Origin: Propionibacteriaceae bacterium
GTDB lineage: Bacteria; Actinomycetota; Actinomycetes; Propionibacteriales; Propionibacteriaceae
NCBI GenBank assembly: GCA_031254155.1
Contig: JAIRVA010000011.1
Location: 1-39,841, forward strand
Length of the DNA stretch: 39,841 nt
Direction: 5' to 3'
Shown here: piece by piece, positions 23,820 through 32,279 of the stretch
Layout: each line of letters opens with the position of its first letter
How positions within the stretch are numbered: the stretch's first letter is position 1
Notes under the pieces: generated by a model
What the model was told of the DNA's origin: nothing
The model's input: the letters and a program-made list of their open reading frames with translations, nothing else
Databases searched by the model: none
Program-made: the position numbers and the translations under genes

Positions 23820-25469
23820 ATGAGTGACAGCTTCGAGAGTCACATTCGAGAACAAGTGAAGTGTTTTTTGCAGACCGTGTTGGTGATCGACGACGAGGCA
23901 TATCGGCCGCTTGACTCATCAGCGCTGGACGTGGATGATGGCGAAGACTGGGGTGTTGGTGGCCGGGAGTCGCTGCCAGGAAAGCTGCCGCAACTGAAGG
24001 TTCCGCTGGAAGAACATGCAAGTGAAGCGTTCGATGCTAAGTCGGTGTCAGTCGCCTTCGCAAAGGTCGGGCTGTCTTGCGCAATCTTGTCGCCACAGTC
24101 AACGCAGGAGAACAAGGAACACGAACCTGCGTTCACTTCGGCTGCAAAACGCGCTGACGTACTTGTTTTGGACTGGAGTATGAACGGCGACCATGGACAA
24201 ACTGCCAAAGACCTAGTTGGCTCTGTGTTACGCGATGATGCGAGTAACGAGCATCATCGTCTTCGACTTATCGTCGTCTACACGGGTGAACCGTTTCTCG
24301 GGGACATTGCAGTGCAGATAGCCTTGGTAGTCAAGTCGATTCTTGGCGACGAGCCTGACTGGGACGATAGAGAAACAATGGTCTCATTCTGTTGTGGGCC
24401 TGTGCGAGTATCGGTATACGCGAAAGAGCATGTGAGTAACCTCCCCATCGGCCTCGAGGAGCGTAGACGCAGTCTTTCCGCGTTACCTCAGGTGACTGTG
24501 GAAGAGTTCGGCCGCCATCGTATTGGGCTCGTCACTACGGCAGCGATATCCGCTCTAGCGGCGATCCGAAATGATGCCCATAGACTGCTCGCTGTTTTTG
24601 GTCCAGAACTGGACCCTGCGGTTCTTGGTCAACGCGTCGCCTTGCCCCATCCAGAAGATGTGGAACGGCAAGTTGAGGAACTTATCGGATCCGAGTTACT
24701 GGCTATTGTGCAAGACCATGAAGTGGGTGCTCACATCGGAGTACCAGAGATTGAGGCTTGGCTTGCGCATGACAAGAGTTTGGGTTCGCATGGGTGCAGC
24801 GAGTTCGAGGGCGTTACGGATGCGATCCGCCTCCAACTTCTCAAGGACGGGCTTACGGAGAAACTGAAGGGCGAAGCGGGGATAAGTGGGAACAAAAGTA
24901 ACCGCTTTAGGAAAAGAGGTGCTGCTCTGTTTGCTTCTAGCGAAGAGAAGTCCGACAGCTCGCGCGATCTCCTGGGTGTACTCATGTCCATGCGTAGTCG
25001 CTATACTAGGCCAATTCCACGGCTTCAGCTTGGCTCGGTCGTTGAACAAGGGGGTGTCTACGCGGTTTGCGTGCAACCTTTGTGCGATTGTGTGCGGATC
25101 GTCGGAGAACGTGCATTCCCGCTACTACCCGCAGAAGTCGTGGAGGAAGACAACGGTGGCGCCGGGGGATATCTTGCCACGGTTTATGATCCCGCCGCTG
25201 ACCGGACTTCCTGTCGGAATGGGTATGTACGGCTGCGAGTGAGAGCTGATCCCTGGCGGATTCAAATGGTTGCGTTCGCCGCGTCAACTACGGGAGAAGT
25301 CGAGTCGATCATAGAGGATGGTGCGATTACTTTTCGGTCGAAGACTGGTGAAGTGTGGCGATGGATTGGGGAGTTGAACCCGGAACACGCTCAGCGAGTA
25401 GTGGTGAGTCTTGCAGCAAGTCTTGCTCGGGTTGGTGTCACTGAAGTTGAGGCTCTACGCGTCGGTTGA
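23820..25469 (+). CDS. divergent response-regulator receiver-domain protein with an uncharacterised ~330-aa C-terminal region
   Basis: ATG 23820 lies 1 nt after the upstream TAA, with GGAGG 11-15 nt upstream. Receiver signature residues sit in canonical order: TVLVID24D25E, ADVLVLD118WSM (nt 24171-24173), RLIVVYTGEP and VSVYAKE. A ~45-aa acidic insert follows beta-1. I recognise no motif in the C-terminal half. Confidence 0.75.
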   Translation: MSDSFESHIREQVKCFLQTVLVIDDEAYRPLDSSALDVDDGEDWGVGGRESLPGKLPQLKVPLEEHASEAFDAKSVSVAFAKVGLSCAILSPQSTQENKEHEPAFTSAAKRADVLVLDWSMNGDHGQTAKDLVGSVLRDDASNEHHRLRLIVVYTGEPFLGDIAVQIALVVKSILGDEPDWDDRETMVSFCCGPVRVSVYAKEHVSNLPIGLEERRRSLSALPQVTVEEFGRHRIGLVTTAAISALAAIRNDAHRLLAVFGPELDPAVLGQRVALPHPEDVERQVEELIGSELLAIVQDHEVGAHIGVPEIEAWLAHDKSLGSHGCSEFEGVTDAIRLQLLKDGLTEKLKGEAGISGNKSNRFRKRGAALFASSEEKSDSSRDLLGVLMSMRSRYTRPIPRLQLGSVVEQGGVYAVCVQPLCDCVRIVGERAFPLLPAEVVEEDNGGAGGYLATVYDPAADRTSCRNGYVRLRVRADPWRIQMVAFAASTTGEVESIIEDGAITFRSKTGEVWRWIGELNPEHAQRVVVSLAASLARVGVTEVEALRVG

Positions 25470-25792
25470 CTGGGGTGAGAGAAACCCGTCGGTTGGTCGG
25501 GGTGCCATATGGACCCTGGTATACGGCGATGCCTCCTCTTTGGTCCCTTGCGTAAACCCTGTCCCCAGCCGCTGGCGTCTACAACAACGATGCCGGTCGC
25601 CACGGTTTCCAGGTTGGGTCGTCTCCCGCTCGCCCCGTTCGCGCAACGTGTCAGCCCGCGGCCGGGCACGAGCCCGCAGGCAGTCGAGCAGGCGACGACG
25701 AACGCCGAGGTCTGTAGAAAGCGAGGCTACAGATTGGTATATGGATTGAACTATTGCGTGTATGCTGGTACCGCTATCGGAAAGGAACTGTC

Positions 25793-26437
25793 ATGTCTCC
25801 CAGCGCCGCCCCTGTCCCGCCGAAGAAACCCCTAGTCAGTATCATCGTTGGTATCTGCGTGCTGGTACTCGGCCCGATTGTTGGGACTATCATTATTGTT
25901 TATTCGACAATGAGTTCGTTTAGTGGGGTCCTTGATGCGCCGACTCACACGGCGGATGGTTCGCCTAGCGCGGTCACGTTGACGGCGGGTGCGGAGATGG
26001 GGATTTGGACGGAGCAGGGGAATTTTGGGCAGTGTTCGGTGACGGATCCGACCGGCCAGGCTGTCGCTCTCAACGCCAACTCGGCGGTGAGTGTGAATAC
26101 GGGGAACTTCTCTCTGGGTGGGATTTTCACCCCGACGGTGGACGGGTCGTACGAGGTGCAGTGTACCTCCAGCGGCACGCCGTTTGAGTTCCGGGTGGCG
26201 CCGTCTGTCCAGGTCGCTAAGTTTGCGGGTGGGCTCGTGATTGGGATCGGTCTCATCATTGTGACCGGCTTGGCCGGTCTGGCTATTCTGATCGTGGGGA
26301 TTGTCCGCCGGGTGAGCTGGAATAGCCAGTACGGCCGGCGGGGCGTACCTGGCTATCCACCCGTCGGCGGCTACCCGCCTGCTGGTAGTTACCCACCCGC
26401 GGGGCCGGCGGGTCCGGTACCTGGTCGGGCCAACTAG
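25793..26437 (+). CDS. two-TM membrane protein with Pro/Gly/Tyr-rich C-terminal tail
   Basis: GGAAAGGAA RBS. TM helices IIVGICVLVLGPIVGTIIIVY and GGLVIGIGLIIVTGLAGLAILIVGIV flank a beta-rich extracytoplasmic segment. The tail reads GYPPVGGYPPAGSYPPAGPAGP. Confidence 0.6.
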   Translation: MSPSAAPVPPKKPLVSIIVGICVLVLGPIVGTIIIVYSTMSSFSGVLDAPTHTADGSPSAVTLTAGAEMGIWTEQGNFGQCSVTDPTGQAVALNANSAVSVNTGNFSLGGIFTPTVDGSYEVQCTSSGTPFEFRVAPSVQVAKFAGGLVIGIGLIIVTGLAGLAILIVGIVRRVSWNSQYGRRGVPGYPPVGGYPPAGSYPPAGPAGPVPGRAN

Positions 26438-26525
26438 TGCTGGCGGCGCTCGCGTCCTGAGGGTGGGGTGGGGCGGACCTGTGGAAAGTGTTCGGCGACT
26501 CGTTGACCGTTTCCCCATCCTGGTT

Positions 26526-26667
26526 GGCAATCCGTAAGGGTTTTCCCCGCCACCGTATGGGTTGCGTTATGAGGGTGAACCAGTACCCCCGGCGGTGGTG
26601 GAATTGCTCTTAGGGTGTCCTTTGTACGGGTACCCGCAACGTGGGGTCGCCCCAGTCAGACGGGCCC
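26526..26667 (+). promoter_or_regulatory. structured leader; candidate ydaO-type (c-di-AMP) riboswitch upstream of the kdpF-like sORF
   Basis: Elements occur in the order I recall from ydaO RNAs: GCAAUCC-GUAA-GG (compare GCCGAAUCC-GAAA-GG), GAGGGUGAACC (GGGGUGAAUC), UUAGGGUGUCC (GUAGGGAUACC), and UACCCGCAAC...CCCAGUCAGAC (UACCCGAACCCGUCAGCUAAC). There is also an 8-bp helix CGCCACCG/CGGUGGUG. I did not find the GGGGGACCCA-like 5' element, so this is tentative. Confidence 0.3.
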
Positions 26668-26687
26668 AATGACCATTGGAGGAAGTT

Positions 26688-26849
26688 GTGGCCAGTGTCT
26701 TGGCGGTGCACGTCAACCTGCTGCTCGGGGCCGTCCATTTCCTGGAGCGTCACGGGGGCGGCCTGGCTCTGACGGGCTTTGAAATCACGGTCGGGGTGGC
26801 GGCCGTCCTGTTCCTTGTTTTGGTGATGGTAAGACCGAACTTGTTCTGA
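26688..26849 (+). CDS. 53-aa small membrane protein with KdpF-like C-terminal half
   Basis: GGAGGA lies 5 nt upstream of GTG 26688, and third positions are very G/C-rich. The sequence is VASVLAVHVNLLLGAVHFLERHGGGLALTGFEITVGVAAVLFLVLVMVRPNLF*. The last 22 aa resemble actinobacterial KdpF (E..VG...AV.L..YL..AL.FPERF). It falls below the ORF-track length cutoff. Confidence 0.3.
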   Translation: MASVLAVHVNLLLGAVHFLERHGGGLALTGFEITVGVAAVLFLVLVMVRPNLF

Positions 26850-26866
26850 TTACCTCGCACCCCTGT

Positions 26867-26933
26867 TTGTGCGGGGTCCGGTACGGCGTTGAGGGGCCGG
26901 TGCTCCTGGGTGGACGGGCCGGACCCCGCACAA
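26867..26933. repeat. 13-bp perfect inverted repeat (TTGTGCGGGGTCC / GGACCCCGCACAA) with a 41-nt spacer, between the sORF and kdpD
   Basis: Read directly from the sequence: arms at 26867-26879 and 26921-26933. Function unknown (attenuator, terminator or deletion-junction structure). Confidence 0.5.
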
Positions 26934-27119
26934 GCGCTCTCACCCTCGCTTCGCTCGCCCGCCCGGCGCCCGGCTGACGACGCAGCGTGGATCAGCGCTT
27001 CCCCGGGCGAGTTCCTGGCCCGTTGTACCTTGCCGTACTGGCCCCGAAACCACGGTGAGAGCGTTAGGCTATACCCGGTGGTTGCACGCGTGTGCCCACC
27101 GCTGGCAAGAAGGGAAGAC

Positions 27120-29663
27120 ATGGATCGCGGCCGGTTGCGGGTCCTGCTCGGTGCGGCTCCGGGCGTCGGGAAAACGTACGCCATGCTGGACGAGGGCCGG
27201 GGTCTCAAAGCGTCGGGCAAGGACGTCGTCGTGGCGGTCGTCGAAACCCACGGCCGCCCGGCCACAGCCGCCCAGACGCGGGGCCTGGAGATCCTGCCGC
27301 GGAAGATCGTGGTCCACCGCGGGATCGAGCTGACCGACATGGATACCGACGCGGTCATCGCCCGGCGCCCGGACATTGCCCTGGTCGACGAGCTGGCCCA
27401 CACCAATGCCCCCGGAATGCGCCATGACAAGCGCTGGGAGGATGTGGAAGACCTGCTCGCCGCCGGGATTGATGTCATCACGACCGTCAACATCCAGCAC
27501 ATCGAGTCGATGAACGACGTGGTCGAGGAGATCACCGGTGTCGCCCAGCACGAGACCATCCCCGACGGCATCCTGCGCGCCGCCGATCAGGTGGAGGTGG
27601 TCGACCTGGCACCGCAAGCCCTGCGCGACCGGTTGTCGGCCGGGTACGTCTATCCGGCCGAACGTGTCGACGCCGCCCTCTCCAACTATTTCCGGGTCGG
27701 CAACCTGACGGCCCTGCGCGAGCTGGCGCTGTTGTGGGTCGCGGACGAGGTGGACACGGCCCTCAAGAAGTACCGTACCGAACACGGCATCGCCCAGCAG
27801 TGGGAGGCCCGCGAGCGGGTCGTGGTGGCGCTCGGCGGCGCGAGCGAGGGCGAGATGCTGCTGCGCCGCGGGGCCCGGATCGCGTCGCGGTCGGTTGGCG
27901 GCGAGCTGATGGCGGTCCACGTCGTGAGCCAGGACGGGCTCAGTACGCCGCACCCGGGTGTTCTCGCCGCCCAACGGGCGCTGATCGAGCACCTGGGGGG
28001 CACCTACCACCAGGTCGTCGGCGACGACATCCCCGGCGCCCTCGTCGAGTTCGCGAAGGCCGCCGAGGCCACCCAGCTCGTCGTCGGCTGTTCGCACCGC
28101 CACTGGGCGCTTGGTCCCCTGGTCGGGCGGGATATCGGGATGGCGGTCATCCGGGATTCGGGGACAATCGACGTTCACATCGTCAACACGTCCGTGACGG
28201 CGGTCCGGCTGGCCCTGCCGCGGCTGGGGGGTGCGATGTCGCTGCGTCGAATCCTCGCCGGTTTCCTGGTCACGCTCGCGGGCGGCCCCCTGCTGACGTG
28301 GCTGCTCCGTGTGACCCACCCCGAGGGGACAATCGCGCCGCACGTTCTCGCGTTCCAGGTCCTGGTCGTGGTCGCGGCCGTGATCGGCGGGCTGTGGCCC
28401 GCGCTGGCCGCGGCCGTGATGTCGGGCCTGCTCCTGAACTACTTCTTCGTCGCCGCGACCGGTACCTTCACGATCCAGGAGCCCAGCAACCTGATCACGC
28501 TCGCGCTGTACGTCCTGGTGGCGGTCTTGGTCAGTTTCGTTGTCGGCGAAGCCTCCCGTCGGTCGCGCCAGACTCGTCGTACCGCCGCCGAGTCCGAGCT
28601 CCTCGCCGCCGTCGCGGGCAGCGTCATGCGCGGCCAGGATGCGGTTCAAGCCATCCTGGAACGGATCAGTGAGGCGTTCAGGCTTGATGGCGTACGTTTG
28701 CGGGCGGGCGACACCGTTCTAGGTACGGTGGGCGAAGTGGGTGGCAAACCGCCCACGGGGACGTTCCCGGTGGGGGAGCGGGCGGTGCTCGAGGTCCGGG
28801 GACCGGATCTGACGACGTCGGAGCGCCGTCTCATGGCCGTACTCGTGTCCCAGCTTGACGCCGCGCTCGAGGTCGGCGACCTCGCGAAGACGGCGAGCGA
28901 GGTGGAGCCGCTTGCCGCGTCGGAGCGGGTCCGGACGGCCCTGCTGGCCGCGCTGAGCCACGACCTGCGCCGGCCCATCGCCTCCGCGACGGCCGCCGTG
29001 AGCGGGCTGAAGGCCATGGGGGCCGACATGACGCAGGACGACCGGGAAGAGTTGCTGTCCACCGCCACCGAGAGTCTCGACGCGCTCGCGGAGCTTGTCA
29101 ACGACCTGTTGGACGTCAGCAAGCTCCAGGCCGGGGCGCTCGTGATCGCCACGACGCCGGTCGATGTGGACGACGCGATCGCGCCGGCGCTGGACGAGTT
29201 GCGGCTCGACGCGCACGATGTCGAGCTCGACCTCGGCGACGTACCCCCGGCGATGGCCGATCCCGTGTTGCTCCAGCGGGTCATCGTGAACCTGCTGCTC
29301 AACGCGTTGCGGTACGCGCCGAAGCACACCAAGGTCCGGCTGGCGACGAGCGCGTTCGGCGGCAACGTCGAGGTGCGGATCACGGATCACGGGCCCGGTG
29401 TGCCGCCCGAGCGGGTCGGGGCGATCTTCGTACCCTTCCAGCGTGAGGGCGACACGGACAATACCAAGGGCTTAGGGCTGGGACTCGCCCTGTCGAAGGG
29501 CTTTGTCGAGGCGATGGGGGGTACGCTGACCCCCGAGGACACCCCGGGCGGCGGGCTGACGATGGTGGTGTCCCTCGCCGCGGCCGTCTTGGCGGCCGGC
29601 TCGCCCGGCACCCCCGATTCCGACTCCGACGACGGGAGAACCGATGAAGATACTGATCGTTGA
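27120..29663 (+). CDS. kdpD: sensor histidine kinase KdpD
   Basis: N-terminal KdpD domain LRVLLGAAPGVGKTYAML...ALVDELAHTN...DVITTVNIQHIES, then a USP-like domain, four TM helices, H-box LSHDLRRPI, N-box NLLLNALRYA, and G boxes DHGPGV / GLGLGLA. Confidence 0.9.
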   Translation: MDRGRLRVLLGAAPGVGKTYAMLDEGRGLKASGKDVVVAVVETHGRPATAAQTRGLEILPRKIVVHRGIELTDMDTDAVIARRPDIALVDELAHTNAPGMRHDKRWEDVEDLLAAGIDVITTVNIQHIESMNDVVEEITGVAQHETIPDGILRAADQVEVVDLAPQALRDRLSAGYVYPAERVDAALSNYFRVGNLTALRELALLWVADEVDTALKKYRTEHGIAQQWEARERVVVALGGASEGEMLLRRGARIASRSVGGELMAVHVVSQDGLSTPHPGVLAAQRALIEHLGGTYHQVVGDDIPGALVEFAKAAEATQLVVGCSHRHWALGPLVGRDIGMAVIRDSGTIDVHIVNTSVTAVRLALPRLGGAMSLRRILAGFLVTLAGGPLLTWLLRVTHPEGTIAPHVLAFQVLVVVAAVIGGLWPALAAAVMSGLLLNYFFVAATGTFTIQEPSNLITLALYVLVAVLVSFVVGEASRRSRQTRRTAAESELLAAVAGSVMRGQDAVQAILERISEAFRLDGVRLRAGDTVLGTVGEVGGKPPTGTFPVGERAVLEVRGPDLTTSERRLMAVLVSQLDAALEVGDLAKTASEVEPLAASERVRTALLAALSHDLRRPIASATAAVSGLKAMGADMTQDDREELLSTATESLDALAELVNDLLDVSKLQAGALVIATTPVDVDDAIAPALDELRLDAHDVELDLGDVPPAMADPVLLQRVIVNLLLNALRYAPKHTKVRLATSAFGGNVEVRITDHGPGVPPERVGAIFVPFQREGDTDNTKGLGLGLALSKGFVEAMGGTLTPEDTPGGGLTMVVSLAAAVLAAGSPGTPDSDSDDGRTDEDTDR

Positions 29664-30333
29664 CGACGACCCCCAGATTGTGCGCGCGTTGCGGATCACG
29701 CTGCGCGTCAAGGGGTACGAGGTCGTGATCGCCGCTGACGGCGCCCACGCGATCGCGCTGGCGGTGGACGAGCGGCCGGACGTGTACCTGATCGACCTCG
29801 GCCTGCCCGGCATGGGCGGGCTGGAGGTGATCAAGGCGGTACGCGGGTGGTCGATGGCACCGGTCCTCGTCGTCTCGGGCCGCGCGGGCTCGACGGACAA
29901 GGTCGAGGCGCTCGACCTCGGGGCCGACGACTACGTCACCAAACCCTTCTCCATCGACGAATTGCTCGCCCGCATCCGGGCTCTGACCAGGCGCATCCCC
30001 GCTGGCGAGGAGGAGGAACCGCTGCTGAAGCTCGGGCCGGTGACGATCGACTTCTCGGCGCGGACGGCGATGAAGAAAACCGGGCGGCGGAGCGAACCCA
30101 TCCGGCTCACCCCGACCGAGTGGCAGGTTCTGGGGCTGCTGGCCCGCAACCCGGGTCGGCTCGTCACCCGGCAGACCATGCTCACGGAGATCTGGGGCTC
30201 GGTCCACGTGGCCGACACGGGGTACCTGCGGCTGTACATGTCCCAACTCCGCAAGAAGCTCGAGCCCAACCCGGGCAAGCCAAGATACTTGATCACCGAG
30301 TCCGGGATGGGGTACCGTCTCCAGGTGGGGTGA
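29644..30333 (+). CDS. kdpE: OmpR-family response regulator KdpE
   Basis: MKILIVDDDPQIV..., DVYLIDLGLPGMGG, VLVVSGR, DDYVTKPF and a winged-helix C-terminus (LTPTEWQVL...GMGYRL). 20-nt overlap with kdpD. Confidence 0.9.
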   Translation: MKILIVDDDPQIVRALRITLRVKGYEVVIAADGAHAIALAVDERPDVYLIDLGLPGMGGLEVIKAVRGWSMAPVLVVSGRAGSTDKVEALDLGADDYVTKPFSIDELLARIRALTRRIPAGEEEEPLLKLGPVTIDFSARTAMKKTGRRSEPIRLTPTEWQVLGLLARNPGRLVTRQTMLTEIWGSVHVADTGYLRLYMSQLRKKLEPNPGKPRYLITESGMGYRLQVG

Positions 30334-30342
30334 AACAGGGGG

Positions 30343-31338
30343 TCAGCGTACGGCCGGGGGCAGGGCGAAGGTCAGGGTCTCCTCGGCGGCCTGGTGTTCG
30401 ATGACCTCGGGGAAGCCGTTCTCCTGCAGGTGGGCGACAACGTCCTGGACGAGGTAGTCCGGTACCGACGCCCCGGAGGTCACGCCAACGGTGTGGCAAC
30501 CAAGCCAGGCGGGGTCGATGTCTGCCACGGCGTCGATGAGGTACGCCGCCCCGGCCCCGGCGTCCAGCGCCACCTCGACCAGCCGCCGGGAGTTGGACGA
30601 GTTGGCGGAGCCGACGACGAGGACGCAGTCGCACGCCGGGGCGACCTCGCGTACCGCCCCCTGCCGGTTCTGCGTGGCGTAACAAATGTCCTCGCTCGGA
30701 GGATCCGCCAGCGCCGGGAAGCGGGCGCGCAGCCGGGTGACCGTCTCGCGGGTCTCGTCCACGCTGAGGGTCGTCTGGGACAGCCAGGCGAGCCGCGCGG
30801 GGTCCCGGACCGCTACCCGCTCCGCGTCGTCGGGGTGCTCGACCAGGTGAATCGCGTGGGGCGCCTCCCCAAACGTCCCCTCGACCTCCTCGTGACCCGC
30901 GTGCCCGATGAGCAGGATCTCTTGCCCCGCCGCCGCGAGGCGCTGGGCCTCCTTGTGGACCTTGGTCACGAGCGGGCAGGTAGCGTCGATGGTGACGAGC
31001 CCGCGCGCGGCGGCAGCCGCCCGGACCGCCGGCGACACCCCGTGGGCCGAGAAGACGACGACGCCGCCCGGTGGTACCTCGTCGACCTCGTCCACGAACA
31101 CGGCTCCCTGGGCGCGGAGCGCCGCCACAACGTACTTGTTGTGAACGATCTCCTTGCGGACGTGTACCGCGCTGTCGGAGCGGGCAAGCGCCCGCTCGAC
31201 GGTCGTGATGGCGCGATCGACCCCGGCGCAGTACCCCCGCGGCGAGACCAGGATGACCCGCCCGTCTCGCGCTCCGGCATGTTGCGTAGTTTCCTTTGCG
31301 ATCGCTGGTAACATCGCTTGAGAGGTCCCTGATGCCAT
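30343..31338 (-). CDS. ispH: 4-hydroxy-3-methylbut-2-enyl diphosphate reductase
   Basis: [62 protein letters not shown] and SSNSRRLVE are near-colinear with mycobacterial LytB. The start is uncertain (31338 or 31314). The ORF-track start 31407 would overlap the divergent gene. Confidence 0.9.
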   Translation of the reverse strand: MASGTSQAMLPAIAKETTQHAGARDGRVILVSPRGYCAGVDRAITTVERALARSDSAVHVRKEIVHNKYVVAALRAQGAVFVDEVDEVPPGGVVVFSAHGVSPAVRAAAAARGLVTIDATCPLVTKVHKEAQRLAAAGQEILLIGHAGHEEVEGTFGEAPHAIHLVEHPDDAERVAVRDPARLAWLSQTTLSVDETRETVTRLRARFPALADPPSEDICYATQNRQGAVREVAPACDCVLVVGSANSSNSRRLVEVALDAGAGAAYLIDAVADIDPAWLGCHTVGVTSGASVPDYLVQDVVAHLQENGFPEVIEHQAAEETLTFALPPAVR

Positions 31339-31394
31339 GCGGAAGATTCTACCGGGGGAGGGGCAGGGCCGCCGACCACCAGTGAGGAGTACGT

Positions 31395-31967
31395 ATGACG
31401 ATGTCAATCGGGTTGCTCGCCTTCCCCGATATGGAGTTGATTGATTACGCGGGGCCGTACCAGACCTTTGCCACCGCCTCCCGCATCGCGGGCGGGGACG
31501 CGTTCAGTTTGGTGACAATCGGGGCCAGCCGGGAGCCAGTGGTGGCCCGTGCGGGCGCGACGCTGCTGCCGGACGTGAGCGTGGCCGACCAGCTCGCCCT
31601 GGATTGCCTCATCATCCCCGGCGGGATGCACGACCGGTCGGACGAGACCAGGGCGACCCTGACGGCGTGGATCGCGGCGCAGGCTGAGATGGTACCGATC
31701 ATTGCCAGTGTATGTACGGGGGCCTTCTACCTCGCGGCGGCCGGCCTGCTCGACGGGCGCGACGCGACGACCCACTGGGCGGCGCTCGACACCCTCCGCG
31801 AACGGTACCCGGCGGTCAACGTGATCGAGAAGCGCCGCTGGGTGGACTCGGGGCGGATCGTCACCTCGGCCGGCATGACCGCCGGCATCGACATGGCCCT
31901 GCACCTAGTCGAGCGGCTCGCGGACGCCGACCTCGCCACCGCCACCGCGAAGCGGCTGGAACTGTAA
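31395..31967 (+). CDS. DJ-1/PfpI (class I glutamine amidotransferase-like) family protein
   Basis: LIIPGG..., nucleophile elbow [22 protein letters not shown] and [26 protein letters not shown]. Confidence 0.85.
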   Translation: MTMSIGLLAFPDMELIDYAGPYQTFATASRIAGGDAFSLVTIGASREPVVARAGATLLPDVSVADQLALDCLIIPGGMHDRSDETRATLTAWIAAQAEMVPIIASVCTGAFYLAAAGLLDGRDATTHWAALDTLRERYPAVNVIEKRRWVDSGRIVTSAGMTAGIDMALHLVERLADADLATATAKRLEL

Positions 31968-31994
31968 CCTAGTCGCCCGGTGACCCCCGATTCT

Positions 31995-32016
31995 TGCACA
32001 TGTTAATATATGTGCA
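31995..32016. promoter_or_regulatory. 7-bp inverted repeat (TGCACAT-N8-ATGTGCA) spanning a TAATAT -10 element just before the vapB start
   Basis: Read directly from the sequence. TAATAT (32004-32009) lies 6 nt upstream of ATG 32016, the same geometry as at abiEi, phd and the AbrB-like gene. Confidence 0.4.
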
Positions 32017-32279
32017 TGCCAACCCTTGAACGTCGTGTCCAGGTCCTCTTCGAACCGGAGGAGTACGCTCTCCTAGCGGCGCAGGCAGAGCGGGAACACC
32101 GGTCGGTCGGGTCACTCGTCCGCCAGTCGGTTCGCCAGACCCTGTCGCCGCCCGCGGCCACCCGGCAGGCTGTGCTCGAACGACTGCTGGCCCGCGCTGA
32201 CGCCGATCCGCGACCGGTCGGTGACTGGGCGGGCGTGAAAGACGGGTTCGAGAGACCGAGTCTGCGAGTTGTCGGGTGA
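32016..32279 (+). CDS. vapB: ribbon-helix-helix (CopG/VapB-type) antitoxin
   Basis: RRVQVLFEPEEYALLAAQAEREHRSVGSLVRQSV is an RHH pattern. GTGA overlap with the downstream PIN gene. The start could be 32010 or 32016. Confidence 0.7.
   Translation: MPTLERRVQVLFEPEEYALLAAQAEREHRSVGSLVRQSVRQTLSPPAATRQAVLERLLARADADPRPVGDWAGVKDGFERPSLRVVG

Noticed and set aside
29380-30685. Arg/Pro-rich ORFs antisense to or overlapping kdpD, kdpE and ispH (29380..30246(-), 29847..30404(+), 30293..30685(-)).
   Set aside because: These are shadow frames of well-supported genes, with no independent signals.
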